Shown: one piece after another, positions 40,081 to 51,228 of the stretch | Position numbering within the stretch: position 1 is the first letter of the stretch | Layout: each line of letters starts with the position of its first letter | NCBI GenBank assembly: GCA_963848295.1 | Contig: CAWKDB010000010.1 | Span: forward strand, 2,880,001-2,944,000 | Direction: 5' to 3' | DNA length: 64,000 nucleotides | From: an uncultured delta proteobacterium | GTDB lineage: Bacteria; Myxococcota_A; Polyangia; Haliangiales; Haliangiaceae | Notes under the pieces: model-generated | Database searches by the model: none | What the model was told of the DNA's origin: nothing | Seen by the model: the letters and a program-made list of their open reading frames with translations, nothing else | Made by a program: the position numbers and the translations under genes

Positions 40081-40971
40081 ATGTCCTCGGTAGGTGTCGA
40101 CTTCGATTTCGCGCGATGGATCGCGGCGCGGCGCGGCTCGATGGAGCAACAAGCACGCGACGGCGCCGCGTACGCGTTCAGCGGCGAACGGCGGTTTCGG
40201 CGCACGCTGATGATCGCGCGGCCGGTGACGATCGCACTCGAAGCGACGACCCGGCTGTGGCGCGACGTCGCGCGCACCGAGCTGCTCGGCACCGCGGTCA
40301 AGGTCACCGACCAGCAATATCCGCGCGTGTTCGAGGCCGCGAAGATCGCCGGTGCCGCGCTGCGCGTACGGGTGCCGCCGGTGTTCGCGGCGCCGACGTC
40401 TTCGATCAAGGTCAAGGTGCTCGGCACGGAGGACGCGCCACACCTGATCGTCAACCTCGAGCTCGCCGAAACGCTCGACGACACCGAGCTGGTCGCCGCG
40501 ATCGCGCACGAGCTGGCGCACATCCAGAACGGTCACATCTTGTACGCGACGGCGCTCCACTACCTGACCAGCTCCGCCGTGTTCTTCGTGCGCTGGATCG
40601 TCCAGCCCGCGATCATGACGCTGCAAGCCTGGTCCCGCCGCGCTGAAGTCACCTGCGATCGCGCCGCGCTGCTCGCGGTGCGCGATCTCGACAAGACGCT
40701 CGCGGCGCTGGTCAAGCTCGAGCTGGGGCTCGACAAGTCCGGCGCGTTCAACGTCGAAGAGTATCTGCGCGCGCTGCCCGACGTGAAGAAGGGCCTCGGC
40801 CGCTACGCCGAGCTGTTCCGCTCGAATCCGTACGTGCCGAAACGCGTCCAGGCCCTGCGGCTGTTCGCCGGCTCCGGCCTCTACGCGGTCGTCAGCGGCG
40901 CCGATCCGACGGGCAAGCCGAGCCTGCCCGATGTCGATAAGCAGGTGTCCGACCTCATCTCGGTGTTTTAG
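40081..40971 (+). CDS. M48-family zinc metallopeptidase (soluble type)
   Basis: ELVAAIAHELAHIQNGH (HExxH), WSRRAEVTCDRAALL, SNPYVPKRV. Confidence 0.88.
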   Translation: MSSVGVDFDFARWIAARRGSMEQQARDGAAYAFSGERRFRRTLMIARPVTIALEATTRLWRDVARTELLGTAVKVTDQQYPRVFEAAKIAGAALRVRVPPVFAAPTSSIKVKVLGTEDAPHLIVNLELAETLDDTELVAAIAHELAHIQNGHILYATALHYLTSSAVFFVRWIVQPAIMTLQAWSRRAEVTCDRAALLAVRDLDKTLAALVKLELGLDKSGAFNVEEYLRALPDVKKGLGRYAELFRSNPYVPKRVQALRLFAGSGLYAVVSGADPTGKPSLPDVDKQVSDLISVF

Positions 40972-40979
40972 GAACCGCC

Positions 40980-42752
<1,773 letters not shown>

Positions 42753-42841
42753 GGGACGGTGTTCACCTTGTCAACTTGCGCTCCGGCGGAGGCTGAATAA
42801 TCTCAGCGCCTTAGTTGGGGACGGTGTTCACTTTGTCAACC
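42753..42841 (+). repeat. Dispersed repeat doublet, subtype I
   Basis: GGGACGGTGTTCAC(C/T)TTGTCAAC at 42753 and 42818; 65-bp period. Confidence 0.93.
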
Positions 42842-42881
42842 AGCCGGCCAAGTGCCAGAGCTAGTCGCTGTAGGCTGACTC

Positions 42882-45743
42882 ATGTCCCTGTGGTCGCGGC
42901 TCGAGCGCAGGCTCGGCGATCTCGCCGGCGAGCTCGTGCTCGACGACTATCGCGACCAGCTCAACCAAGCGCGCGGGCTGATCGCGAAGGGCGACGTCAG
43001 GACCGCGATCGACGTGCTCGAAGCGCTGCTCGCGGTCAAGCCCGACCACGGCCAGGCGCTGATCGTGCTCGGTGAGGCCCGGCTCGCCCAGCGCGAGCCC
43101 GCCGCCGCACGCGACGCATTCGAGCGTGCACTCGCGATCCGCGGCGGTGACCCCGCAGCGCTCGTCGGCCTCGGGCTCGCGCTGATCGAGCTCGCGAGCT
43201 TCGAAGTCGCGATCAGCACTCTCGGCCGCGCGGTCGGCGAAGCAGCGGGTGATCGGTCGATCCTCGCGGAGGCCTATCGCGGCTTGGGCGTCGCCTGGCG
43301 CCGCCGCGGCGATCTCGACAAGGCGATTCGCGAGCTGCGCAAGGCAGTCACCGAAGATGGCGACGACCTCGATGCGCGCGCCGCACTCGGCGAAGCGCTC
43401 GTCGCCGATGGTGGCCCCTACGACGAAGCGCTGCGTCACCTCGAGCGCGCCGCGAAAGGCGATCGAGCACTCGCGCTCTACGGTCTCGGCCGGCTCGCGC
43501 TGATCGAAGGCGCACCCGCGACTGCCGCCGACCGGCTCGCGAATGCGCGCGCGTTTGCGGATGCTGACCCGACACCGCTCGGCGCGCTCGTGCGCTCGGA
43601 GATCTCGCTCGCGCAGGGCGACGCGGCCCTCGCCGACGGCGACGCGATCCACGCGCATGCGTTCTATCTCGAGGCGCTGCAAGCCGATCCTCGACGCGCC
43701 GAGGTTCACGCACGAATCGCGCGAGCGCATCGAGTGGTCGGTAGCCTCGACGCCGCGCTCACGAGCTACGATCGCGCCCTAGCCCTCGGCGGTGACGTCG
43801 CGGTGTTGCGCGATGCGGTCGACACGGCGCTCGCCGCCGGCGATGCCACGCGCGAGCTCGCATGGGGCAACGATCTGCTCGGCAAAGACCCCGAGGACTT
43901 GCGCGCGATCGTGGCGCGCGGAGCGGCGATGGCTCGCGAGCAGCCGAGCGCGGCGCGGGCGTTGCTCGAGCTAGCCTCCGCTCGCGACGACGTCGATGCG
44001 CATGTCGAGCTCGCCAAGCTCGCGCTCGCGCCCGGACCCGCTCACGATCCGAGGCTAGCCGCCGAGCACGCGAAAGCCGCGCTCCGAGTCGCACCCCACG
44101 ATCAGCGCGCGCGGCGCGTGCTCACCGACGCGCGGGCCGCCGAGCTGCCGCCGCCGTCGGGCTCGGACATCGCCGAGCTCGCGCAGTTTCTCGAGCGCGC
44201 CGTCGCCACCCGGCGCGAGCTCGGTCACTTCGTCGGCGAGGTCGCGCGTGCCGCGGCGAATCTCGATCAACCTTTGCTCGTGACCGTGATGGGCGAGTTC
44301 TCGAGCGGCAAGTCGTCGTTCGTCAATGCGTTCATCGGCGCGGACGTAGCGCCGACGGGAATCACCCCGACGACCGCGACGATCAACGTCGTGCGCTACG
44401 GCCACGAGCGCGGCGGCCGCATCCTCGGCGCCAGCGGTGGCACTGCGGTCGAGCTCGGCTGGGACGCCTTGATGGCGCACCTTCGCGCGCTGACACCGGA
44501 GGCCGCGCGCGCGATCGATCGGGTCGAGATCCTCGTGCCGCTGGCCCAGCTCGAGAAGATAAACATCGTCGATACGCCGGGCCTCAACTCGATCCTGCCC
44601 GAGCACCAAGCGACCGCTCGCGCGTTCATCGCACGCGCCGATGCAGTCGTGTGGGTGTTCACCGCGTCGCAAGGCGGCAAGGCGAGCGAGCAGAAAGCCC
44701 TGCGCTCCATCCGCGACGAGGGCAAGCGCGTGCTCGGCGTGCTGAACAAGGCCGACCAACTGTCCGACAGCGAGCGCGCGGAGGTCGTCGAGTTCATCAC
44801 GGCGACCCTGGGCGAGCTCGTCGAGGTCGTCGTTCCATTCTCGGCGCGCAAGGCGCTCGCGAGCAAGCGCGGAGAACCCGGCGCGACCGACGACGGCAAC
44901 TGGAGCGCGCTCCAGTCGGCGCTCGAAGAGCGCTTCTTCACGCAGGCCCGTCAGCTCAAGCGCGATGCGTGTGCGCGCGTGTTGCGCGGGGTCGTCAGCC
45001 AGGCGCGAACGGTGCTCGATGCCGATCGCACGCGAACCTCCGCCGCGAGCGATGCCGCGCGCGCCGGGCGCGATGAGCTCCTCGCCTCGGCGCGCAAGCT
45101 CGACCTCGAGCTCGTGCTCGGGGAACGTAAAGCGCTGTCGGACCATGCGAGCACCCTTTACCGCCGCGCCGCGCGCGAAGTGATCGACCTCGTGCGACCG
45201 CGTCGCCTGCCGTTCTCGTCACATACTGCCACCGCCGCCGATCGCGATTACGTGATCGCGTTGCTCGCGTCGGGTTACGAGTCGGCAATCGAAGCGGCGC
45301 GTGCGCGGGTCGCGAAAGAGCTCGCAGCTCGGGCTCGCGTGCTGCAGCCTGCGGCCCGCGCGATCGCGCAGGCGTCGGGGCGTGACGTTGTCGGCGACCT
45401 CCAGCGCGTCGCCGCGGACCAGATCGGCCTGGCGCTGTCTCGCGTGTTCGATCGCGCGCGGGCCTACGTGCGCGGCTACCTCGAGGGCGGTTACGTCGAG
45501 GCGTTCTTTCGCAATGACGTGCCGCGGCTCGAGCTCGCCGAAGATGCGGTCTATCACGCGCTCGTCCGCGGGGCCCCCGATCTCGATCGCGAGCTTTCCG
45601 AGCCACTGATCCGCGCCGCGACCGACGCGCTCACCGCGATCGCCGAACGGCTCGATCATTGGGGCGCGGTGATCGACGTTCAGGCTTTTGATCTCGACGC
45701 GGGGATAGGTCGAGCTCTCGAGATCGTCAGCTCTCGGTTATGA
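42882..45743 (+). CDS. TPR-repeat / dynamin-like GTPase fusion
   Basis: ~420 aa of TPR-like repeats, then GEFSSGKS, PTT, DTPG, NKAD. Confidence 0.9.
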   Translation: MSLWSRLERRLGDLAGELVLDDYRDQLNQARGLIAKGDVRTAIDVLEALLAVKPDHGQALIVLGEARLAQREPAAARDAFERALAIRGGDPAALVGLGLALIELASFEVAISTLGRAVGEAAGDRSILAEAYRGLGVAWRRRGDLDKAIRELRKAVTEDGDDLDARAALGEALVADGGPYDEALRHLERAAKGDRALALYGLGRLALIEGAPATAADRLANARAFADADPTPLGALVRSEISLAQGDAALADGDAIHAHAFYLEALQADPRRAEVHARIARAHRVVGSLDAALTSYDRALALGGDVAVLRDAVDTALAAGDATRELAWGNDLLGKDPEDLRAIVARGAAMAREQPSAARALLELASARDDVDAHVELAKLALAPGPAHDPRLAAEHAKAALRVAPHDQRARRVLTDARAAELPPPSGSDIAELAQFLERAVATRRELGHFVGEVARAAANLDQPLLVTVMGEFSSGKSSFVNAFIGADVAPTGITPTTATINVVRYGHERGGRILGASGGTAVELGWDALMAHLRALTPEAARAIDRVEILVPLAQLEKINIVDTPGLNSILPEHQATARAFIARADAVVWVFTASQGGKASEQKALRSIRDEGKRVLGVLNKADQLSDSERAEVVEFITATLGELVEVVVPFSARKALASKRGEPGATDDGNWSALQSALEERFFTQARQLKRDACARVLRGVVSQARTVLDADRTRTSAASDAARAGRDELLASARKLDLELVLGERKALSDHASTLYRRAAREVIDLVRPRRLPFSSHTATAADRDYVIALLASGYESAIEAARARVAKELAARARVLQPAARAIAQASGRDVVGDLQRVAADQIGLALSRVFDRARAYVRGYLEGGYVEAFFRNDVPRLELAEDAVYHALVRGAPDLDRELSEPLIRAATDALTAIAERLDHWGAVIDVQAFDLDAGIGRALEIVSSRL

Positions 45744-45753
45744 TGCGCCGATC

Positions 45754-46464
45754 ATGCCCCGCACCGGCAAGCGTTCGCCCACGCGGTTCCCGAATCGACT
45801 GACGCTCGGCATCGACGAAGCCGGGCGTGGCCCGACGATCGGCCCGATGGTAATGGCCGCGGTCGCGCTCGATTCGAAGCACGCTGCGGCGCTGACCCGC
45901 AAAGGCCTACGCGACTCGAAGTCATATGGCGCCGGCGACGACGCGCATGCGATCCGCAGCGAGCTCGCGCTCGAGATCCGCTCGAGGGCGACATTCGTGA
46001 TGGCGGTCGAGATCGAGCATCACGAGATCGATCAGCGCGTCTGCCGCGGTGAGCTCAATGTCCTCGAGCGCGAGCATGCGACGGTCCTCATCGAGAACGC
46101 GCCGACCTGTGACAAGATCATCGCCGACGGCAAGCGCATGTTCGCGGCGCTCGCGCTGCGCTTCGAGCAGTTCGTGTCGGTCGACCACGCCGAGGACGCG
46201 CACGCCGCGGTTGCGGCGGCTTCGGTGATCGCGAAGGTCATCCGCGACGATCGGTTCAACGCGATCCGCCGCCGCTACGAGCCCGAGCTCGGCCCGATCT
46301 CCGGCGGCGGCTACTCGAACGCCGCGACGAGCCGCTGGCTACGCGCCTACGTCGAGCGCCACGGCTGCTTGCCAGATGAAGCTCGTAAGAGTTGGCCGTA
46401 CCCGCACCTCGCCGATCTGCTCGGCCACGTCCGCCCGCTCGAGCCGCAGCTCACGCTCATCTGA
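45754..46464 (+). CDS. rnhB: Ribonuclease HII
   Basis: GIDEAGRGP, LRDSK, ADG, AVAAASVIAKVIRD. Confidence 0.85.
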   Translation: MPRTGKRSPTRFPNRLTLGIDEAGRGPTIGPMVMAAVALDSKHAAALTRKGLRDSKSYGAGDDAHAIRSELALEIRSRATFVMAVEIEHHEIDQRVCRGELNVLEREHATVLIENAPTCDKIIADGKRMFAALALRFEQFVSVDHAEDAHAAVAAASVIAKVIRDDRFNAIRRRYEPELGPISGGGYSNAATSRWLRAYVERHGCLPDEARKSWPYPHLADLLGHVRPLEPQLTLI

Positions 46465-46470
46465 TCGGCA

Positions 46471-46524
46471 GAGCTCGATGGGTCGCACGAGCTCGACGGC
46501 TCGCACGAGCTCGACGGCTCGCAC
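46471..46524 (+). repeat. 3 x 18-bp tandem repeat
   Basis: GAGCTCGA(T/C)GG(G/C)TCGCAC at 46471, 46489 and 46507. Confidence 0.85.
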
Positions 46525-46532
46525 GGCACCCT

Positions 46533-46631
46533 AAGTTGACAAAAGAGACAGCGTCCCCAAGAAAGCGGCTCGAAATCATCGGGTTAGACGCCGGGCTCTC
46601 CCGCGCAAGTTGACAAAAGAGACAGCGTCCC
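46533..46631 (-). repeat. Dispersed repeat doublet, subtype II
   Basis: AAGTTGACAAAAGAGACAGCGTCCC at 46533 and 46607; 74-bp period. Confidence 0.93.
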
Positions 46632-47509
46632 TATTTCGTCGCGCACTTGGCGATGGCTGGGTCGGCGGCGAGCTGTCTCGACTGGGGACCGCCGACTCGC
46701 GCGCTGATCGCGTTCGCCTCGGCGCAATCGCCCCGCGCTGCAGCGGCTCGCGCCCGGGCGACGAGATCGTCGGGAGCTAGCGTCCGGTCGCGCGCGACTG
46801 GGCTCTTTGTCGCGTCTTTCGGCGCGGGCAGCCGGGGAGATTGCTGTTCGCTGTCATCCAGACCAGCCGCGTCGGTCGCGGGACTCTCGGTGTCAGGTGC
46901 GAGCTGCGGCGTCGACCGTGGCCGCGGTGCGTACGCCGGCTTCTTCGGCGGCGTGCTGTGGTGTTCCGTGGGGGCGAGTTGCGGCGTCGATGGCGAGCCC
47001 ACACTCCCAGTCCCGTCGGCAGGTGACGTTACCGGTGCGGTCTCGGTCTCGTGTTGGGCCTCCCCGCCAGTTACCGCTTTGTCGCTCTGCCTTTGCGATG
47101 TCGCGGCGCCGTTGCCACCCGGCGCAGAAGACACGCCCGATGGCGTGGCGGTCGATCGATCGATTTCGCCCGACGGCGCAGCAGCCGGAGTTTCCTTCGT
47201 TCCGCTGGTCGGTGCGCTCGGAACGATCATCGGGCCCGACGGAGCGATGCCATCGCCGCGACGGCCGATCGCGAGCGCACCGCCGATCACGACGAGCAAG
47301 GTCGCGAAAGCGAGGACGGGCGGCTTGCGCAGTTGCGCGAACAGCCGCCGCCACCACGGGGGGGGCGCTACGGCTTCGGCCCTCGCCCTTGCGGCCGCAA
47401 TCAGCTCGGCGATCCCCGCACTCGGTGGATCCTCGTCTGGCAGCGACAGCCAAACCGAGCGCAGCGCGCGAAGCTGCGCGTCTTCGGGCTCGGTGTCGTC
47501 GTCGTTCAC
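46631..47509 (-). CDS. Probable membrane anti-sigma factor
   Basis: GTGA-coupled to the ECF sigma gene; short cytoplasmic N-terminus, PPPWWRRL then one TM helix, low-complexity periplasmic tail. Confidence 0.7.
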   Translation of the reverse strand: MNDDDTEPEDAQLRALRSVWLSLPDEDPPSAGIAELIAAARARAEAVAPPPWWRRLFAQLRKPPVLAFATLLVVIGGALAIGRRGDGIAPSGPMIVPSAPTSGTKETPAAAPSGEIDRSTATPSGVSSAPGGNGAATSQRQSDKAVTGGEAQHETETAPVTSPADGTGSVGSPSTPQLAPTEHHSTPPKKPAYAPRPRSTPQLAPDTESPATDAAGLDDSEQQSPRLPAPKDATKSPVARDRTLAPDDLVARARAAAARGDCAEANAISARVGGPQSRQLAADPAIAKCATK

Positions 47510-48108
47510 GGCGCAGCCTTGGCCAGATCCTTATATTCGTCGAGCTCCAGCCGCAGCTTCTCGAGCGCGTAACGCATGCGGCTCTTCACCGTGTTCTCAG
47601 GCACGCCGACGACATCTGCGATCTGCTTGAACGGCAGGTCGAGAAACTCGCGCATCAAGAAGACCTCGCGCTGATCTTCGGACAACGTCGCGATCGCACG
47701 CTGCATCGTCTCGTGCAGCTGCTTGTTGACGCTCTTGCGATCGCTGGCCATTTCATTCGACGGGAGGACATCAAGCAGAGTGCCGCTCTCTTCGCTCGCG
47801 TCCATCGGGGCATCGAGCGACGCGTGCTTTCTATGTTTGCGTCTCCTCGTCTGGTCAACGCACAGGTTGCGCGCAATGGTGTAAAGCCACGTCGTGAACT
47901 TGGCCTGGCGCTTGTAAGCCTCCGCGCCTTTGATGACGCGCATGAAAGCTTCTTGCAGCAGATCTTCGGACGTCTCGCGATCGCCGACGAACCGCAAGAT
48001 GAAGTTGAACACCGGCTTGCGATGCCGAGACAGCAGTACCTCGAAGGCGCGAACCTCGCCCTTCTGGTACATGACCATGAGGTCTTCGTCGGCTGTGTCG
48101 TTGAACAT
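47506..48108 (-). CDS. ECF (sigma-70 group 4) sigma factor
   Basis: EDLLQEAF, FTTWLYTIARNLCVD, QREVFLMRE, FKQIADVVGVPENTVKSRMRYA. Confidence 0.93.
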   Translation of the reverse strand: MFNDTADEDLMVMYQKGEVRAFEVLLSRHRKPVFNFILRFVGDRETSEDLLQEAFMRVIKGAEAYKRQAKFTTWLYTIARNLCVDQTRRRKHRKHASLDAPMDASEESGTLLDVLPSNEMASDRKSVNKQLHETMQRAIATLSEDQREVFLMREFLDLPFKQIADVVGVPENTVKSRMRYALEKLRLELDEYKDLAKAAP

Positions 48109-48167
48109 TACGGTGTTACGGCCCGGGCGACACTAACACGAAGGTAAACGTCCAAAGGCTAGACCGC

Positions 48168-48995
48168 TTACGGGGTCTGACACGTTGGACAGTAATACGT
48201 TGCCCTTCCTTGGACGACCGACCGGCGGATCTTCGTCGAACAGCGCACACAGGGCTCGCCGTTGCGGCCGTACACCCTGAGATAGTCCGCGTTCGACCCC
48301 TCGGCCCCCGCGGCATCGACGAAATCGCGCAGGCTGGTCCCGTGATTCTCGAGAGAATCCGCGAGCACCGTGCGAATCGCGTCGGCGAGCCGTGCCGCGC
48401 TGATTTCGGTCAAGCGGTGGGCGCGCGTCGTCGGGCGTAGGCGCGCGAGCCATAGAGCCTCCGACGCGTAGATGTTGCCGACACCGGCGAGCACGCGCTG
48501 GTCGAGCACGAACGCCTTGAGGGTCGCCTGCTTCTTGCGCGAGCGCGAGAACAGATGTGTTGCCGAGATCCCGTCGACGAGTGGATCCGGGCCGAGTGCA
48601 GCTAGCGCTTCGTGGTCGCGCTCGCGCACTCTCTCGACGACATCGATTCGGCCGAATCGACGCGCATCGACAAATCGTAGCTCGCGTTCATCAGCAAGGC
48701 CGAGCACGACGTGGGTGTGCTTCGCTCGCGGCGTCTGGTTACGAGCGATCAACAGCCGCCCGGTCATACCTAGATGGACGAGCAACAAACGGTTCGAGTC
48801 GCAGTCGACGAGCAAATACTTGCCGACTCGGCGCAACCCGGTGATTCGCGAGCCGACCAGCATCTGCAACGCCTTGCGCGGCGGCTTGCGCCGCATGTGG
48901 AGGCCCTTGCCGCTGTCCCAGACGCTCGTGATCGTCACGCCGACCACAGGCGCTAGCGTGCGACGAACGGTCTCGACCTCGGGCAGCTCGGGCAC
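48168..48995 (-). CDS. mutM: Formamidopyrimidine-DNA glycosylase
   Basis: MPELPEVETV, HLGMTG, AGVGNIYASEAL, Zn finger CVRC...CPTCQ. Confidence 0.96.
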   Translation of the reverse strand: MPELPEVETVRRTLAPVVGVTITSVWDSGKGLHMRRKPPRKALQMLVGSRITGLRRVGKYLLVDCDSNRLLLVHLGMTGRLLIARNQTPRAKHTHVVLGLADERELRFVDARRFGRIDVVERVRERDHEALAALGPDPLVDGISATHLFSRSRKKQATLKAFVLDQRVLAGVGNIYASEALWLARLRPTTRAHRLTEISAARLADAIRTVLADSLENHGTSLRDFVDAAGAEGSNADYLRVYGRNGEPCVRCSTKIRRSVVQGRATYYCPTCQTP

Positions 48996-49053
48996 GCGTC
49001 GTTGTTAGCACGCGTGAATCCTCGGGGCGGGAGCACGCCCAGGCCGCTTGGAA

Positions 49054-49152
49054 GGTGACGCTGTCTCTATTGTCAACTTGCGGGTCAGCGGGCTCGCGGT
49101 AACCCGGGGCAATCACGCGGGTTCGCTGGGGACGGTGTCTCTTTTGTCAACT
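49054..49152 (+). repeat. Dispersed repeat doublet, subtype II, overlapping the rsmA 3' end
   Basis: GACG(C/G)TGTCTCT(A/T)TTGTCAACT at 49057 and 49131; 74-bp period. Confidence 0.92.
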
Positions 49153-50021
49153 AACGCCGCTGCAAGGGCCGCGAACTCCGGGATGTCCAGAGTCTCGCCG
49201 CGGCGCATACCATCGATCGACGTGGCTGACAGCGCTGCGTCGACATCGACGTCGGGCCACCTAGCGCGCAGCGCATTGCGCAGGGTCTTTCGGCGTTGGC
49301 CGAAAGCGGCGTGAACGACGGCGGAGTAGTGCTCGTGGTCGGCGATCGACGCGCGCGGCTCGCGCAACGGGACCATCTTGATCACGGTCGAATCGATCTT
49401 CGGCGGCGGTAGGAACGAAGCCGAGCCCACCTTGATCACGGTCGTGATGTCCGCGTACGTGCGGAGCAAGACACCGATCGCGCCGTACTCCTTCGTGCCC
49501 GGCTTCGCGACGATTCGATCGGCCATTTCTTTTTGGATCATCATCACCGCGACCCGGACGATGTCGCGCGCCTCGATCACCTTGAACAGCACTTGCGACG
49601 CGATGTGATACGGCAGGTTCCCGCACACTGCGATCGATTGGCCGCTCCACTTCGCGACCATCCGCAGGTCGTAGCGCAGCGCATCGACTTGTTCGATGTC
49701 GAGGTTGTCGACGGTGCCGAGCTCCGCGCGGAGCACGCGGATCATGTCGGGGTCGGAATCGAGCGCGATGACTTTTCCCGCGGTGACGCGCTCGACGAGC
49801 CGCGCGGTCAACGTGCCGAGACCGGCGCCGATCTCGACGATCCAATCGTCGTCAGTCGCGACGACCGCGTCGGCGATCGCACGGAGCGCACGCTCGGACA
49901 GCAAGAAGTTCTGGCCGAACTGCTTTTTGGCCCGCAGGCCATAGCGCTCGAGCAACACGCGCGCGTCGGGGAACGGCCCGAGCGCCTGGGCGAGACTCGT
50001 GATCCGATCGTCGCCGCTCAT
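49113..50021 (-). CDS. rsmA: 16S rRNA adenine dimethyltransferase
   Basis: KKQFGQNFL, VEIGAGLGTLT, GNLPYHI, MIQKEMADRI, AFGQRRKTLRNAL; start uncertain. Confidence 0.95.
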   Translation of the reverse strand: MSGDDRITSLAQALGPFPDARVLLERYGLRAKKQFGQNFLLSERALRAIADAVVATDDDWIVEIGAGLGTLTARLVERVTAGKVIALDSDPDMIRVLRAELGTVDNLDIEQVDALRYDLRMVAKWSGQSIAVCGNLPYHIASQVLFKVIEARDIVRVAVMMIQKEMADRIVAKPGTKEYGAIGVLLRTYADITTVIKVGSASFLPPPKIDSTVIKMVPLREPRASIADHEHYSAVVHAAFGQRRKTLRNALRARWPDVDVDAALSATSIDGMRRGETLDIPEFAALAAALVDKRDTVPSEPA

Positions 50022-50102
50022 CGGGGCACCTGGCGACGGAACACTCGAGCCAACATCCATGGCCCCCGAGTTGACCAAAGAACCTTCGGTCCCAGAGGAC
50101 CC

Positions 50103-50202
50103 CAAGTTGACAAAAGAGACAGCGTCCCCAGCGAAGCCGCGTGATTGCGCCGAGTTAGCGGGAGCCCCGCCGGGCGCAAGTTGACAATAGAGACAGCGTC
50201 CC
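50103..50202 (-). repeat. Dispersed repeat doublet, subtype II (degenerate third copy at ~50069-50093)
   Basis: CAAGTTGACAA(A/T)AGAGACAGCGTCCC at 50103 and 50177; 74-bp period. Confidence 0.93.
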
Positions 50203-51222
50203 TCATCGGGGGAGCGGCGCCGTCGGCGTCGCTTCGAGGGTCAGGTCGGCTCTTTCGCCACGGCGCAGCCGGTGGTAGCCGGCCGCCGCGATCATCGCGG
50301 CGTTGTCGGTGCATCGCTGTGGCGGCGGAATGTAGACGCGAAAATCACCTTCGGCACCCGCCGCGCGCAAAGCTGCCCTCAACCCCGAGTTTGCCGCGAC
50401 GCCACCACAGACTTGCACGTGCGCGAGCCCCAGCCGCCGCGCCGCGCGCCGCGTCTTGCGCACGAGCACCTCGACGATCGCGGCTTGATAGCTCGCGCAC
50501 AGGTCCGCGAGCGGCTGGCCGTCGGGCACGCCGTTGGCGCGTACCCGATGGAGCAGCGCAGTCTTGAGCCCGCTGAACGAAAAGTCGTCGCCGTGCTCGC
50601 TCGCGGTCATCGACCTCGGGAATTCGATCGCGCGCGGATCGCCGGCCTGCGCGATCCGATCGAGCACCGCGCCGCCGGGATAGCCGAGGCCGAGCAGCTT
50701 CGCGCCTTTGTCGAACGCCTCACCTGCCGCGTCGTCGCGAGTGGCGCCGAGCTCGAATACGCGACCGTGATCCTCCACGCGAACGAGCGAGGTGTGACCG
50801 CCCGAAACGATCAACGCGAGATGCGGCATCGGTGGAGGAGCGGGTTCGAGATAGATCGCCGAGAGGTGGCCCTCGAGATGATGGACGCCGACGAGCGGCT
50901 TCCCCGTCACCCAGGCGATCGCTTTCGCGGTCTGCATACCGACGAGCAGCGCGCCGATCAGCCCCGGTGCGTTCGTCACCGCGATGCCGTCGATATCGGC
51001 GAGCGAGTAGCCCGCGCGGTCGAGCGCGCTTTGCACGACCGGCACCACATTCTGGACATGCGCGCGCGACGCGAGCTCCGGCACGACGCCACCGTATTTC
51101 GCGTGTACGTCGTGCTGCGACGCGACGACATCCGAACGCACGACGCTTCCGTCGACGACGACCGCCGCAGCGGTCTCGTCGCACGAGCTCTCGATGCCGA
51201 GCACCGTGTTCACGGGCACCAC
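50203..51222 (-). CDS. tsaD: tRNA N6-adenosine threonylcarbamoyltransferase
   Basis: LGIESSCDETAAA, GGVVPELASRAH, HHLEGH, VSGGHT, DDAAGEAFDK, CTDNAAMIA. Confidence 0.96.
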   Translation of the reverse strand: MVPVNTVLGIESSCDETAAAVVVDGSVVRSDVVASQHDVHAKYGGVVPELASRAHVQNVVPVVQSALDRAGYSLADIDGIAVTNAPGLIGALLVGMQTAKAIAWVTGKPLVGVHHLEGHLSAIYLEPAPPPMPHLALIVSGGHTSLVRVEDHGRVFELGATRDDAAGEAFDKGAKLLGLGYPGGAVLDRIAQAGDPRAIEFPRSMTASEHGDDFSFSGLKTALLHRVRANGVPDGQPLADLCASYQAAIVEVLVRKTRRAARRLGLAHVQVCGGVAANSGLRAALRAAGAEGDFRVYIPPPQRCTDNAAMIAAAGYHRLRRGERADLTLEATPTAPLPR

Positions 51223-51228
51223 GCCCGG

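Noticed and set aside
46471..46524. 18-bp triple repeat as a functional element
   Set aside because: It looks like a local slippage product and was not noticed elsewhere in the window.
46533..46631. Repeat doublets as mini-CRISPR arrays
   Set aside because: Spacers at different loci are homologous to each other, there are only two full repeats per locus, and no cas genes are present.
50103..50202. TTGACA in the repeat as a sigma-70 promoter
   Set aside because: No -10-like hexamer about 17 bp downstream (AGCGAA follows), and the orientation is usually antisense to the adjacent gene.
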